A DNA stretch of 32,000 bases, taken from NCBI RefSeq assembly GCF_003945235.1, contig NZ_RSDW01000001.1, positions 1,770,001-1,802,000 on the forward strand, read 5' to 3'. This document shows, piece by piece, positions 1-9,007 of this stretch. Each line of letters begins with the position of its first letter. Position 1 is the first letter of the stretch. Made by a program: the position numbers and the translations under genes. The DNA is from Edaphobacter aggregans. Its GTDB lineage: Bacteria; Acidobacteriota; Terriglobia; Terriglobales; Acidobacteriaceae. Under the pieces are notes generated by a model that was given only the letters and a program-made list of their open reading frames with translations, did no database searches and was not told where the DNA came from.

Positions 1-369
1 ATGATGCCCCTCCAGATCCTCGACGCCATATTGATGTTCCCCGTACTCCGTCACGTGGAGATCCTCGACAACCTTAGCGCCAGCCGCTTTCGCCTTCCGG
101 AAATGCCCTTCAACATCATCGACGAACACTGTCAGGCTCTGAGTCCAATACCCTAGCTGCTTCGGACTGCCCCGCCCAGCCCGTGCACTTTCAACCATGA
201 TCCAAGCCTCACCCAGATGCATCTGCGCGCCGCTCGGCTCCTTAGGATCGCCATAGCGATAGTGTTCCGAAAACCCAAACGTCCTGCTCAACCAAAGAAT
301 CGCTTCAGCGACATCCCCATACACAACGTGCGGCAGCACAATATTCGTCGGAACTGATCTGTTATTCAT
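1..369 (-). CDS. VOC (glyoxalase/bleomycin-resistance/dioxygenase fold) family protein; C-terminal end lies outside the window
   Basis: Absent from the ORF track because no stop lies in the window. The reverse complement of 1-369 is an open frame from ATG (367-369): MNNRSVPTNIVLPHVVYGDVAEAILWLSRTFGFSEHYRYGDPKEPSGAQMHLGEAWIMVESARAGRGSPKQLGYWTQSLTVFVDDVEGHFRKAKAAGAKVVEDLHVTEYGEHQYGVEDLEGHH. Layout and the EDLEGH ending are typical of small VOC-family proteins. It has the same G/T-ending codon style as neighbouring minus-strand genes. Confidence 0.6.
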   Translation of the reverse strand, partial: MNNRSVPTNIVLPHVVYGDVAEAILWLSRTFGFSEHYRYGDPKEPSGAQMHLGEAWIMVESARAGRGSPKQLGYWTQSLTVFVDDVEGHFRKAKAAGAKVVEDLHVTEYGEHQYGVEDLEGHH

Positions 370-446
370 ACCCACTCCATCATCAACAGATACGCCGCCC
401 TGAGTTCAAAGGCGGCGCATCCGACCATTTGATTCGAAGAACCGGA

Positions 447-2420
447 CTACTCCTCATCCCCCCGCAACTTCGCGATCACTCCAAAGTCCTCAAGAGTAGT
501 CGTATCGCCCTTCACCTCACCCGTAGTAGCCAGCTCGCGCAGCAGCCGCCGCATAATCTTCCCACTCCGAGTCTTCGGCAGCGCCTCGGTAAACCGCACA
601 TCATCCGGCCTCGCCAGCGCGCCAATCTCTTTGGCCACCCACTGCCGAATCTCCTGCCGCAACTCTTCGCTGACCGTATGCCCCATCTCCAACGTCACAA
701 ACGCGCAGATCGCCTGCCCCTTCAAATCATCCGGACGCCCAACCACCGCAGCCTCAGCAACCTTCGGATGCGCCACCAGCGCCGACTCAACCTCCATCGT
801 GCCCAGCCGGTGACCGCTCACATTCAGCACATCGTCCACGCGTCCCATCAGCCAGTAGTACCCATCCGCATCCCGCCTCGCGCCATCGCCCGTAAAGTAG
901 CTCCCGGGAATCTCCACCCAATAAGCCTTCTCATACCGCTCAGGATTCCCATACACCGTACGAGCCATCGAAGGCCACGCCGTCCGGAACACCAGCAGCC
1001 CGCCCTTTCCATCCGGAACCGGTTCGCCCTCTTTTGTAACCACTTCAGGCACAATTCCAAAAAACGGCCGCGTAGCCGACCCCGGCTTCGTCGCCACAGC
1101 CCCCGGAATCGGCGCAATCATGATCGCACCCGTCTCCGTCTGCCAGTATGTATCCACAATCGGGCACCGTTCCTTGCCGATCTCGCGATGAAACCACATC
1201 CACGACTCCGGATTGATCGGCTCTCCCACCGTCCCCAACAGCCTTAGCGAAGCCAGGGAGTGCTTCCGCACCCACTCCGCGCCCCACTTCGTAAACGCCC
1301 GAATCGCCGTCGGAGCCGTATAGAACACCGTCACCTTATGCGCGTCAATAATCTTCCAGAATCGATCAAACTCCGGCCAATTCGGCGCGCCCTCATACAT
1401 CACCACCGTCGCACCATTCTGCAACGGCCCATACACAACATAGCTATGACCCGTCACCCACCCAACATCCGCGGTGCACCAATAAACATCGTCTTCCTGC
1501 AAATCGAACACATACTTACTCGTCAAATAAGTCTGCACCGAGTACCCGCCCGTCGTATGCACCAGTCCCTTCGGCTTCCCTGTCGTCCCCGACGTATACA
1601 GCAAATACAGCGGATCCTCAGCATCCATCCACTCCGGCGCACACTCATGCTCCGCTGCCAGTAGCGCCTCATCCCACCAGATATCGCGCCCTTCCTTCAT
1701 CTTCACTGCTGTATCCGACCGCCGATACACCACCACATGCTTCACCGTCGGACACTGCTCCAGCGCCTCATCCACAATCGCCTTCAGCTTGATCTCCGTG
1801 CCACGCCTGTAGCTCGAGTCCTGCGTAATCACCGCGACGCACTCCGAGTCATTCACGCGATCCACAATCGCATGAGCCGCAAACCCGCCAAAGATCACCG
1901 AATGTACCGCGCCAATCCGAGCACAAGCCAGCAGCGCAATCGCCAGCTCCGGACACATCCCCATATACACAGCGACCCGATCGCCCTTCTTGATCCCCAA
2001 ACCTTTCAGAACATTCGCAAACCGCTGCACCTGCTCATGCAGATCGCCATACGTCAGCCGCCGCACCTCACCCGGCTCCCCCTCCCAAAGCAGCGCAACC
2101 TTATCCTTCCGAGCACCCAGCGCATGCCGATCCACGCAGTTATGCGAAAGATTCAGCTTTCCCCCAACAAACCACTTCGCCCCGTTGCCCGACCCATCTT
2201 CCCCCAGCTCCAACACCCGAGTCCACTTTTCAAACCACTCCAGCTCCCCCGCCGCGTCCGCCCAGAATTCCTCCGGCTGCTCCACGCTCCGCCGGTACAT
2301 CGCCTCATACTCTTCCAGGCTCTTCACATGAGCCTTCGCCGCAAACTCAGCCGAGGGTGCAAACACCCGATTTTCCCGCAAACTCGAATCCAGATTCTGA
2401 CCCTCAACAGACGACGTCAC
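447..2420 (-). CDS. acs: acetyl-CoA synthetase (AMP-forming)
   Basis: 657-aa ORF with the AMP-binding signature [11 protein letters not shown] and a C-terminal SGKIMRRLL motif. It resembles Acs over its full length. The GTG start at 2420 has GGAGGA 6 nt upstream. Confidence 0.95.
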   Translation of the reverse strand: MTSSVEGQNLDSSLRENRVFAPSAEFAAKAHVKSLEEYEAMYRRSVEQPEEFWADAAGELEWFEKWTRVLELGEDGSGNGAKWFVGGKLNLSHNCVDRHALGARKDKVALLWEGEPGEVRRLTYGDLHEQVQRFANVLKGLGIKKGDRVAVYMGMCPELAIALLACARIGAVHSVIFGGFAAHAIVDRVNDSECVAVITQDSSYRRGTEIKLKAIVDEALEQCPTVKHVVVYRRSDTAVKMKEGRDIWWDEALLAAEHECAPEWMDAEDPLYLLYTSGTTGKPKGLVHTTGGYSVQTYLTSKYVFDLQEDDVYWCTADVGWVTGHSYVVYGPLQNGATVVMYEGAPNWPEFDRFWKIIDAHKVTVFYTAPTAIRAFTKWGAEWVRKHSLASLRLLGTVGEPINPESWMWFHREIGKERCPIVDTYWQTETGAIMIAPIPGAVATKPGSATRPFFGIVPEVVTKEGEPVPDGKGGLLVFRTAWPSMARTVYGNPERYEKAYWVEIPGSYFTGDGARRDADGYYWLMGRVDDVLNVSGHRLGTMEVESALVAHPKVAEAAVVGRPDDLKGQAICAFVTLEMGHTVSEELRQEIRQWVAKEIGALARPDDVRFTEALPKTRSGKIMRRLLRELATTGEVKGDTTTLEDFGVIAKLRGDEE

Positions 2421-2500
2421 GCACGATCCTCCGCAGTTTTAACTACCCACAAAAGGTACGCTATCGCTCACATCGCCAGCAACATTCGCCGAAAAAGTCA

Positions 2501-3709
2501 TTATTTAACCGGATCAGGCGGTCTTACCACAAGCGGCAACAGCACCGAAATCGTCATCACCACCGAGATCACGTGCAGTCCGCCCACGTACGTTCCACTG
2601 GCCTGACGCAGATGCGCGATCAGCAAAGGCCCAAAGGCGCTGGCAAATCCCCACGCCGTCAGCATCAGCCCATAGATCGGTCCCACATTCTTCGGCCCGA
2701 AATAATCCGCCGCAAACGCAGGCATCGTCCCAAACCCACCGCCGTAGCACATCAAAATGGTGAAGCTGACAATTGTTATGGCTACAACCGCATGAAAACT
2801 CGGCAGAAACCAGAACAACAAAATCTGGAGAAGAAACATCGCCGCAAACGTCATCTTCCGGCCCAGTGTGTCTGAGACCCACGCCCAGAACACCCGCCCC
2901 AGCGCATTTCCGATGCTTACGATCCCGACCATCCCCGCCGCCGTAATCGCCGTAATCTTCGCCAACTCCTGAAAGATCGGAGCCTCCTGCGAGATCAGCG
3001 AAATGCCCGCCGATGTATTCAAAAACAGCAGCAGCCACAGCGCCCACCACTGCCACGTCTTCAGCGCCTCATTCAGCGTAAAGTCCTTAGCCGACTTCTG
3101 CCGAAGCTCCTTCTCTGTCGGCGTCCACCCCTCTGGCGTCCAGCCATCCGGTGGATTTTGCATAAACCAGCCCGCAGCCACACTCACAACCAGATAAGCA
3201 ACGCCCAGGTAAGCGAACGTCTGCAGCACGCCCACGCTCTGAATCAGCCGCGTAGCAATCGGAGCCGTCACCAGCGCCCCCGCGCCAAAACCTCCAACCG
3301 CAATGCCCGTCATCAAACCGCGTTTATCAGGAAACCACTTCAGCAGCACCGCCACCGGAACGATGTACCCAAACCCCAGCCCAATCCCGCCGATCACTCC
3401 ATACGTCAGATAAAGCCACCACAGCCCATGGTTCGAAGCGCTGGCCAGAAAAACCCCCACGCCATACAGCGCCCCACCCGTCATCGCGACTATTTGTGGC
3501 CCCACTCGCTTCAACCAGAGCCCGCCAAAAAACGAAGCGAACCCCAGCACCATAATCGCAATCGTAAAAGTAAGCGTAACCTGCGAAATCGTCCACCCAA
3601 ATTGTTTCGACAGCGGTATCCGAAACACGCTCCAGGCGTACACCGCGCCTAGCGCCATCTGCAGCAGGACCCCAGCAAACGCAATCCCCCAACGATTCCG
3701 TGTCTGCAT
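2501..3709 (-). CDS. MFS transporter, oxalate/formate antiporter (OFA)-like subfamily
   Basis: 402 aa, hydrophobic throughout (about 12 TM segments). The N-terminus RWGIAFAGVLLQMALGAVYAWSVF is typical of OFA-type MFS proteins. The ATG at 3709 has GGAGG upstream. It ends 80 nt upstream of acs on the same strand. Confidence 0.85.
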   Translation of the reverse strand: MQTRNRWGIAFAGVLLQMALGAVYAWSVFRIPLSKQFGWTISQVTLTFTIAIMVLGFASFFGGLWLKRVGPQIVAMTGGALYGVGVFLASASNHGLWWLYLTYGVIGGIGLGFGYIVPVAVLLKWFPDKRGLMTGIAVGGFGAGALVTAPIATRLIQSVGVLQTFAYLGVAYLVVSVAAGWFMQNPPDGWTPEGWTPTEKELRQKSAKDFTLNEALKTWQWWALWLLLFLNTSAGISLISQEAPIFQELAKITAITAAGMVGIVSIGNALGRVFWAWVSDTLGRKMTFAAMFLLQILLFWFLPSFHAVVAITIVSFTILMCYGGGFGTMPAFAADYFGPKNVGPIYGLMLTAWGFASAFGPLLIAHLRQASGTYVGGLHVISVVMTISVLLPLVVRPPDPVK

Positions 3710-3838
3710 TCATGCCTCCTCGCCTACAGAAAATCAGATGTTTTCCAAGCGCACGAAGCCTAACACGCCGCGGTAAATTTCACCTCATAGATCGCAATCT
3801 CATCACCGGCGCTTACTATCCTGAGTCTGAAGTTCGCA

Positions 3839-3953
3839 CCACATGCAGAGCCAAAGGCGCGACCTATACCAGCCTACGGCGAAGCCCTGGGTATGCTGGT
3901 CAGAATAAGCATTCGGGGCCAAAGGCCCGACCTATTCCTCTACCTGCATGTGG
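3839..3953. repeat. intergenic repeat element: 10-bp inverted repeat enclosing two 21-nt direct repeats
   Basis: ccacatgcag (3839-3848) pairs with ctgcatgtgg (3944-3953). Inside lie gccaaaggcgcgacctatacc (3850-3870) and gccaaaggcccgacctattcc (3918-3938), identical at 19 of 21 positions. It sits between the M20 gene stop and the MFS gene start. Confidence 0.5.
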
Positions 3954-3994
3954 CGGAATCCAACTGACTCACAAACAACTTCAGACTCCGGACC

Positions 3995-5326
3995 CTACTG
4001 TAGCAACTCCAACGCAGCATCCGTCATAGCCGTAATCCCCGTCCGCAGTGCCGGTTCCGGCAGAGGAGCAAACAGCGGCGAGTGAGGCGAAGGCAGCGAC
4101 TTACCCGTCTTCTCGCTCTCAGCAACCTTCGCCGGGTCATAAGCCCCCAGCCAGAAGATCACCGCCGGAATCTTCTCCCCCATGCTGAAGATCCCGAAGT
4201 CCTCGCTCCCCATAATCGGCTTCTTCTCAACCACATTCTCCGCACCCAGCTTCGCCACAAAAATCTTCTGCAGCCGCGCCGACAGCGCCACATCATTGAT
4301 CATCGCCGGCGTCGACTCATCCTCCAGCACCGTCACCACCGGCATCCTATCCTCCGGAACCCCCGCCGCAATCGCCACGCCCCGAGCCGTCCGCTTCACC
4401 CCGTCAATAATCGTCTGACGAACCTCTTCGCTATAACTCCGAGTCGTCAGCTCCATCTTCACCTCATCGGGAATGATGTTCCTCTTCGTCCCACCATGAA
4501 TATCCCCCACCGTCACCACCGCAGGCTGCTGCGGAGACACCGACCGGCTCACCACCGTCTGCACCTGCGTAATAAACGCCGCCGCCATCACAATCGGGTC
4601 CTTCCCCGCCTCCGGAGCCGACCCATGGCTCCCCACGCCACGCATCACCACATCAATCGAAGTCGAACTCGCCAGCGCAGGCCCGGGCACCACCGACACC
4701 TTCCCAGCCGCAAAATTCGCATCATGCAGCGCAATCGCCATATCCGGCTTCCCAAACCGCTCATACAGATGATCCGCCATCATCGCCTTCGCACCATCAA
4801 TTGTCTCTTCGCTAGGCTGCCCAATTAGCATCAGCGTCCCACGCCACTTGTCCTTCATCGCCGCCATCGCACGAGCCACACCGATCATCGTCGTCACATG
4901 AATGTCATGCCCGCACGCATGCATCACACCAACATCCTGCCCCGCCGGATTCTTCGCCCGCACCGTGCTCGCATAAGGAAGCCCCGTAGCCTCCGTCACC
5001 GGCAGCGCATCCATATCTGCGCGAATCAGCAGCGTCGGCCCCGCGCCATTCTTCAAAATCCCAACCACCCCAAAACCCTGCGTCCCATCGGGATACTTCC
5101 CCACCCGCTCCGTCACCGTGAACCCAGCCTTGCGAAGCTCCTCCGCAAGCAACGCCGAAGTCTTCTCCTCATGATGCGAAAGCTCCGGCGCACCATGCAG
5201 TCCCTTGTAAGTAGCCATGAGCCCGGGAACCTCACCACCCACAATCCCCGTAACATCCTGCGCCAAGGCCACAGCGCCAGCGCCCAGACTCATCCCCACA
5301 ACCGCAGCCCAAACACATCCCCGCAT
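3995..5326 (-). CDS. M20-family amidohydrolase (M20D / hippurate-hydrolase-like), probably exported
   Basis: 443 aa with a signal-like N-terminus MRGCVWAAVVGMSLGAGAVALAQ. The metal-site motifs MHACGHDIH and GQPSEE are characteristic of M20D amidohydrolases. The ATG has GGGAGAG upstream. Confidence 0.85.
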   Translation of the reverse strand: MRGCVWAAVVGMSLGAGAVALAQDVTGIVGGEVPGLMATYKGLHGAPELSHHEEKTSALLAEELRKAGFTVTERVGKYPDGTQGFGVVGILKNGAGPTLLIRADMDALPVTEATGLPYASTVRAKNPAGQDVGVMHACGHDIHVTTMIGVARAMAAMKDKWRGTLMLIGQPSEETIDGAKAMMADHLYERFGKPDMAIALHDANFAAGKVSVVPGPALASSTSIDVVMRGVGSHGSAPEAGKDPIVMAAAFITQVQTVVSRSVSPQQPAVVTVGDIHGGTKRNIIPDEVKMELTTRSYSEEVRQTIIDGVKRTARGVAIAAGVPEDRMPVVTVLEDESTPAMINDVALSARLQKIFVAKLGAENVVEKKPIMGSEDFGIFSMGEKIPAVIFWLGAYDPAKVAESEKTGKSLPSPHSPLFAPLPEPALRTGITAMTDAALELLQ

Positions 5327-5373
5327 ACACTCTCCCTCGACCCTTGAACTAAACGCGATAGACTTCCATCATA

Positions 5374-5565
5374 ATGACCTTTTACTGGCCGGCAATCATC
5401 GGCTTTTTCTTCGGCTTTGCTTTCGGTGTCGGCTGCGCCCTCGCGGTCATGTACTCCATCTATATGGGAGGCTACCGCGCAGCCATCCGCGACTCCCAGC
5501 TCCCCACCCCACCCGACCGCTACCGCCAGACCCTCGAAAAGCTCTCCCGCCCCTCCGGCAGCTAG
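5374..5565 (+). CDS. hypothetical small membrane protein (63 aa)
   Basis: ATG start. One clear N-terminal TM helix (WPAIIGFFFGFAFGVGCALAVMYSI) is followed by a polar tail. C-ending codon usage matches other plus-strand genes. No obvious SD and no recognisable family. Confidence 0.4.
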   Translation: MTFYWPAIIGFFFGFAFGVGCALAVMYSIYMGGYRAAIRDSQLPTPPDRYRQTLEKLSRPSGS

Positions 5566-5568
5566 AAC

Positions 5569-8500
5569 CTATCGCGACTCCGTCTTCCACACAAGATGGT
5601 CCTCTTCCGGAAAGACTTCTTCCTCTTTGAAATTCAAATATCGCGTCTTCAGCAAAAGCCCCGTCGCGTCATACTCGCGCACCGCACGGCAATAGCCGCC
5701 GACTCTCTCCACTGGCTCACCCTCCACTCCAAAGAAAGTCGCCTCTACTTCACTGCCAAGTTCGTCATACCGATTAACTCTCTTGAAATAGCCATACTTG
5801 CTCAAGACAGGCTCGCCATCCACTCCAAAATACAAATGCTCAACATCGTGGTTGCGCGCATCGTATTTTGACTTCAACGTGGCATATCCGTTTTCACAAA
5901 GAATCGGTGCGTCATCCACTCCAAAAACTGAGTGCTCAACTTTATTTCCTCGCGCGTCGTACTTGTTCTTGATTCGGGCATAGCCGCCTTTGGCTACAAC
6001 CAAAGCGCCATCCACCCCGAAATACGCACCCTCTACCCAGTTATCGCGCTCGTCAAAGCTCTGCGTGACTTTGGCAAATCCGTCGTCGGAGTTCATCAAA
6101 CTCCCGTCCGTTCCGAAGAATTCTTGCCCCACCAGATTTCCGCGGTCGTCATAGCGTTTCGTGCACGTCGCATAGCCATACTTGCAGACAATCAGATCGC
6201 CATCCACTCCATAGCAGGATTGTTCGATCATATTGCCGCGCTCGTCATACCTCTCCCGCAATATGGCCCAATTCTCCTTACAAAGAATCGGAGCGCCATC
6301 CACTCCAAAACAACGGTGCTCTACTGGATTGCCTCGTCCATCGAGGGAGTGCGTACGCCGCGCATCTCCGGTCTTACTAAGAATCGGCTCCCCATCCACT
6401 CCGAAACAGTTGTCTTCAATCGCATTGCCGCGCTCGTCATACTTCTGCCTGAAAACGGCATAGCCGTCATTCGCCAGAATCGGAGCGCCATCCACTCCGA
6501 AATGCGCCTGTTCAATCCTGTTGCCGCGTTCGTCATAGCTGTCTTTGCGTTTGGCATAACCGGCCTTGCATAGCACTGGAGTTCTATCCACTCCGAAGTA
6601 CGCCTGTTCCACAATATTGCCGTGCACATCATGGCTCGCGGTCATCCGCGCGAACTCATTGTTGCGAAGCACCGGGCCGCCATCCACTCCGAAATAGGCT
6701 TGTTCAGCGACGTTGCCATACATATCGTACTTATGGACATGGCGCGCATAACCTTCCTTGCGGGTAACCGGCCTACCATCGACGCCAAAATAGGCCTGCT
6801 CCAGCGGGTTACCGCGATCATCGAAGATCGACTTCGCGCAAGCTACTCCTTCTCTGCCAGCTGTCGGCGTGCCATCCGCTGCGAAATAGGACTCCTCAAT
6901 CCTGTTGCCGCGTTCATCGTATTTGGCGACCCACCGCGCAAAGCCGCCCTTGCCCACCGTCAAAACGCCATCTGTTCCATAACAAACCTGTTCGATCCTG
7001 TTGCCGCGTTCGTCATAGGTTTGCGTTAGCCGGGCAAATCCCTCTTTGCTCAGGATGGGCTTGTCATCCACTCCGAAATACTCCAGTTCAGCTACATTCC
7101 CACGCGCATCATAGCCCTGCTTCAAACAGGCGTAACCGAATTCGCTCAACGTTGGTCTACCCTCAACATCGAAGTACCTCTCCTCAATAAGATCATCGCC
7201 TTCGTCATATTTCGCCGTGGACGTCGCATACCACGACTTGTACGGAACCGGCCTTCGATCGAACCCTAAATAACCGATCCTTGTCTGATTGCCACGATCG
7301 TCATAGTCCGCAATCCACAACGCATGACGCTGTTCTCTCAAAGTCGGACTCCCATCGACTCCCCAGCTCGCCGACTCAATCATGTTGCCGTGGGCATTGT
7401 ATTTTCCGGTCCATATCGCGAAGTTCTCTGTACTTAGAGTCGGCCTCCCTTCCGTGTCGAAACAGATGTCCTTCAGTTTGTTGCCGAACTCGTCGAAGCT
7501 CTGCTCTACAGCCGAGTACCCATCGCTACACAAGGCAGGCTGCCCGAGAGCATCAAGATAAATCCAGCGAATCAACCACCCCGCCGCATCAAACTCATCT
7601 CTGCGTTCCGCCACCCCATTCCGCTGAATCGCATGTCCATCCTGAGCATCCAGAAACCACATCCGCGTCACCAACCCGCGACTGTCAACCTCATACCCTT
7701 CGCCATAGTTGCCCATAGCATCCTGCGCCGGCGTGTTGTACGCATCGCGCGCATACCGTCGTCGCACCACATATCCCCGCTCATCGTAGTCAAGCCGATG
7801 CCGCACAATGCCCGCTCGCCGCTCCTTCAAATCCGCAACGAGCTTACGAGCCAATCCCATGCCTCCCACAAACCCGGCCTGCGCGACCGCGGTGTCGTCC
7901 TCTCTCAAAAAGTCCACCGTCCGCCCGTCCCGCGAGTAGCTCTCCCGCACCTTCACTCCACCATGCCGATTGCGCCGATCCACCGACTCCACCGCCCCCG
8001 ACGAGCGATACATCACGTCCCACTGCGCAATCCCCTCCCCGTCTTCACGCAGAATCCCGTGGCTGTCCACCCGTTGAACACTCTCCACCCTTCCCGCGCG
8101 CACCTCAAACCGATACGAGTACTCCCGATGCAACACCTGCTCCTCCGTCAGCGCGCCCACACCCTCCGGAATCCCCCGCCGCCGCACCACGTCGTGAAAA
8201 TACGCAACAACCGTCTCGCTCCGCCGTTCCGCCTCCAGACTCTGCCGCAGCTCAGCAAACGAACACCCAAGCAGCGCAGAAAGAATCCGATCCCGCGCCA
8301 GGTCCTTCAACTCCTGCTCTGTCTTGTTCTGTCTCGGAGTCACATCCGCCCCAGCAGGAACAATCAACTCCATCACCGTATCCCGGCCCTCACCCACCAT
8401 CCTGTACTGCCGCAGCAGTTCGGGATACGACTCCTCCGGCGCACCCTCAATCAAAAGCGCAAGGATGCGATCGGCCCGTCCCCAGTGCCGAAATAGAGCA

Positions 8501-8799
8501 ATCTCCGCCCTCACCCAGTTCGACTTCGGAGTCTCAGGAGAACAAACCACAATCAGGTAGTCCGAATCCCACAGAGCCGCCTTCAACTCTCCCGACAGAT
8601 CACCGCTGGCCGCCAGATCTCCCTCATCGCGGAACAATCGCCCAATCTTCTTCGGAGTTCCCCGCCGCCGCAACGCCTCAGGCGTCTCAAAATCCGAGAG
8701 CGCGCCCACCAGCCATTCAGCCCAGCCCGTATCCTTCGGCAGACGCCGATAGCTAACGAAGGCTGTATACCTGCTCTCCTGCACTGTCATGCTCACCAA
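5569..8799 (-). CDS. TIR-domain protein fused to a long array of 32-residue YD-like repeats
   Basis: 1076-aa ORF. The track start is TTG at 8799; an in-frame ATG at 8790 (MTVQESRYTAFVSY) is the more likely start. The N-terminus carries TIR hallmarks (FVSYRR..., DYLIVVCSPETPKSNWVRAEIALF). The C-terminal approx 720 aa are repeats with consensus YDERGNxIEQxxFGVDGxPxLxKxGYA. No signal peptide, TM helix or Walker A motif. Confidence 0.9.
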   Translation of the reverse strand: MVSMTVQESRYTAFVSYRRLPKDTGWAEWLVGALSDFETPEALRRRGTPKKIGRLFRDEGDLAASGDLSGELKAALWDSDYLIVVCSPETPKSNWVRAEIALFRHWGRADRILALLIEGAPEESYPELLRQYRMVGEGRDTVMELIVPAGADVTPRQNKTEQELKDLARDRILSALLGCSFAELRQSLEAERRSETVVAYFHDVVRRRGIPEGVGALTEEQVLHREYSYRFEVRAGRVESVQRVDSHGILREDGEGIAQWDVMYRSSGAVESVDRRNRHGGVKVRESYSRDGRTVDFLREDDTAVAQAGFVGGMGLARKLVADLKERRAGIVRHRLDYDERGYVVRRRYARDAYNTPAQDAMGNYGEGYEVDSRGLVTRMWFLDAQDGHAIQRNGVAERRDEFDAAGWLIRWIYLDALGQPALCSDGYSAVEQSFDEFGNKLKDICFDTEGRPTLSTENFAIWTGKYNAHGNMIESASWGVDGSPTLREQRHALWIADYDDRGNQTRIGYLGFDRRPVPYKSWYATSTAKYDEGDDLIEERYFDVEGRPTLSEFGYACLKQGYDARGNVAELEYFGVDDKPILSKEGFARLTQTYDERGNRIEQVCYGTDGVLTVGKGGFARWVAKYDERGNRIEESYFAADGTPTAGREGVACAKSIFDDRGNPLEQAYFGVDGRPVTRKEGYARHVHKYDMYGNVAEQAYFGVDGGPVLRNNEFARMTASHDVHGNIVEQAYFGVDRTPVLCKAGYAKRKDSYDERGNRIEQAHFGVDGAPILANDGYAVFRQKYDERGNAIEDNCFGVDGEPILSKTGDARRTHSLDGRGNPVEHRCFGVDGAPILCKENWAILRERYDERGNMIEQSCYGVDGDLIVCKYGYATCTKRYDDRGNLVGQEFFGTDGSLMNSDDGFAKVTQSFDERDNWVEGAYFGVDGALVVAKGGYARIKNKYDARGNKVEHSVFGVDDAPILCENGYATLKSKYDARNHDVEHLYFGVDGEPVLSKYGYFKRVNRYDELGSEVEATFFGVEGEPVERVGGYCRAVREYDATGLLLKTRYLNFKEEEVFPEEDHLVWKTESR
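5635..7812 (-). repeat. in-frame 96-nt periodic coding repeats (21 strictly phased units plus 2-3 degenerate ones)
   Basis: The [YF]D-x-x-G-N motif recurs at protein residues 403, 435, 467 ... 1043, exactly every 32 aa. At DNA level atcctgttgccgcgttcgtcata is identical at 6515-6537 and 6995-7017, and matches at 21 of 23 positions at 6899-6921. Most other units have diverged. Confidence 0.85.
8425..8772 (-). other. TIR domain region (residues approx 10-125 of the 1076-aa protein)
   Basis: Carries the FVSYRRLPKD start, an alternating beta/alpha pattern, and the S-N-W-V-R-A-E motif. The Glu codon GAG is at 8503-8505, at the position of the catalytic Glu of NAD-cleaving TIR domains. Confidence 0.8.
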
Positions 8800-9007
8800 C
8801 TCATCGCGACAAGCAGCACCGATCCTGGCTTTCGGCTCAACCTCATCTTACAAGCTGCTCCCACCCAGCTCTCAGCGCGGCACCGCGTTCTCCGACACCT
8901 TGCTCTCCGTATGAATCAGAAACGGAAACACAGCCCGCATATTGTCCGTCTTCTGGCATGTCACATACGCAGGCAGACTATTCGACGCGACAACAAAATC
9001 ATCATCC

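Noticed and set aside
1150-1158. DnaA-box-like 9-mer GTATCCACA (8 of 9 match to TTATCCACA)
   Set aside because: It is a single copy inside the acs coding sequence, which is expected by chance.
429-2606. Long plus-strand ORFs (429-1247, 1260-1664, 1737-2606, 1990-2331) overlapping acs
   Set aside because: Their translations are Arg/Pro/His/Leu-rich low-complexity strings with no motifs. They are antisense shadows of acs, kept open by the extreme G3 bias of the real gene.
3700-4029. 109-aa plus-strand ORF in the MFS/M20 spacer
   Set aside because: It runs through the inverted-repeat element and into the M20 gene end, and has no SD or motif. It is most likely repeat-derived.
5569-8799. Interpreting the TIR-repeat protein as an Rhs/YD polymorphic toxin
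   Set aside because: There is no signal or secretion-associated N-terminus, no Rhs core motif and no C-terminal toxin. The repeat period is 32 rather than about 20 residues, and the enzymatic domain is N-terminal.
8843-8959. 38-aa minus-strand ORF (MPEDGQYAGCVSVSDSYGEQ...) in the gap between the membrane and TIR genes
   Set aside because: No SD, no hydrophobic or recognisable motif, and too short to support from sequence alone. It is only worth revisiting if the gap is conserved.
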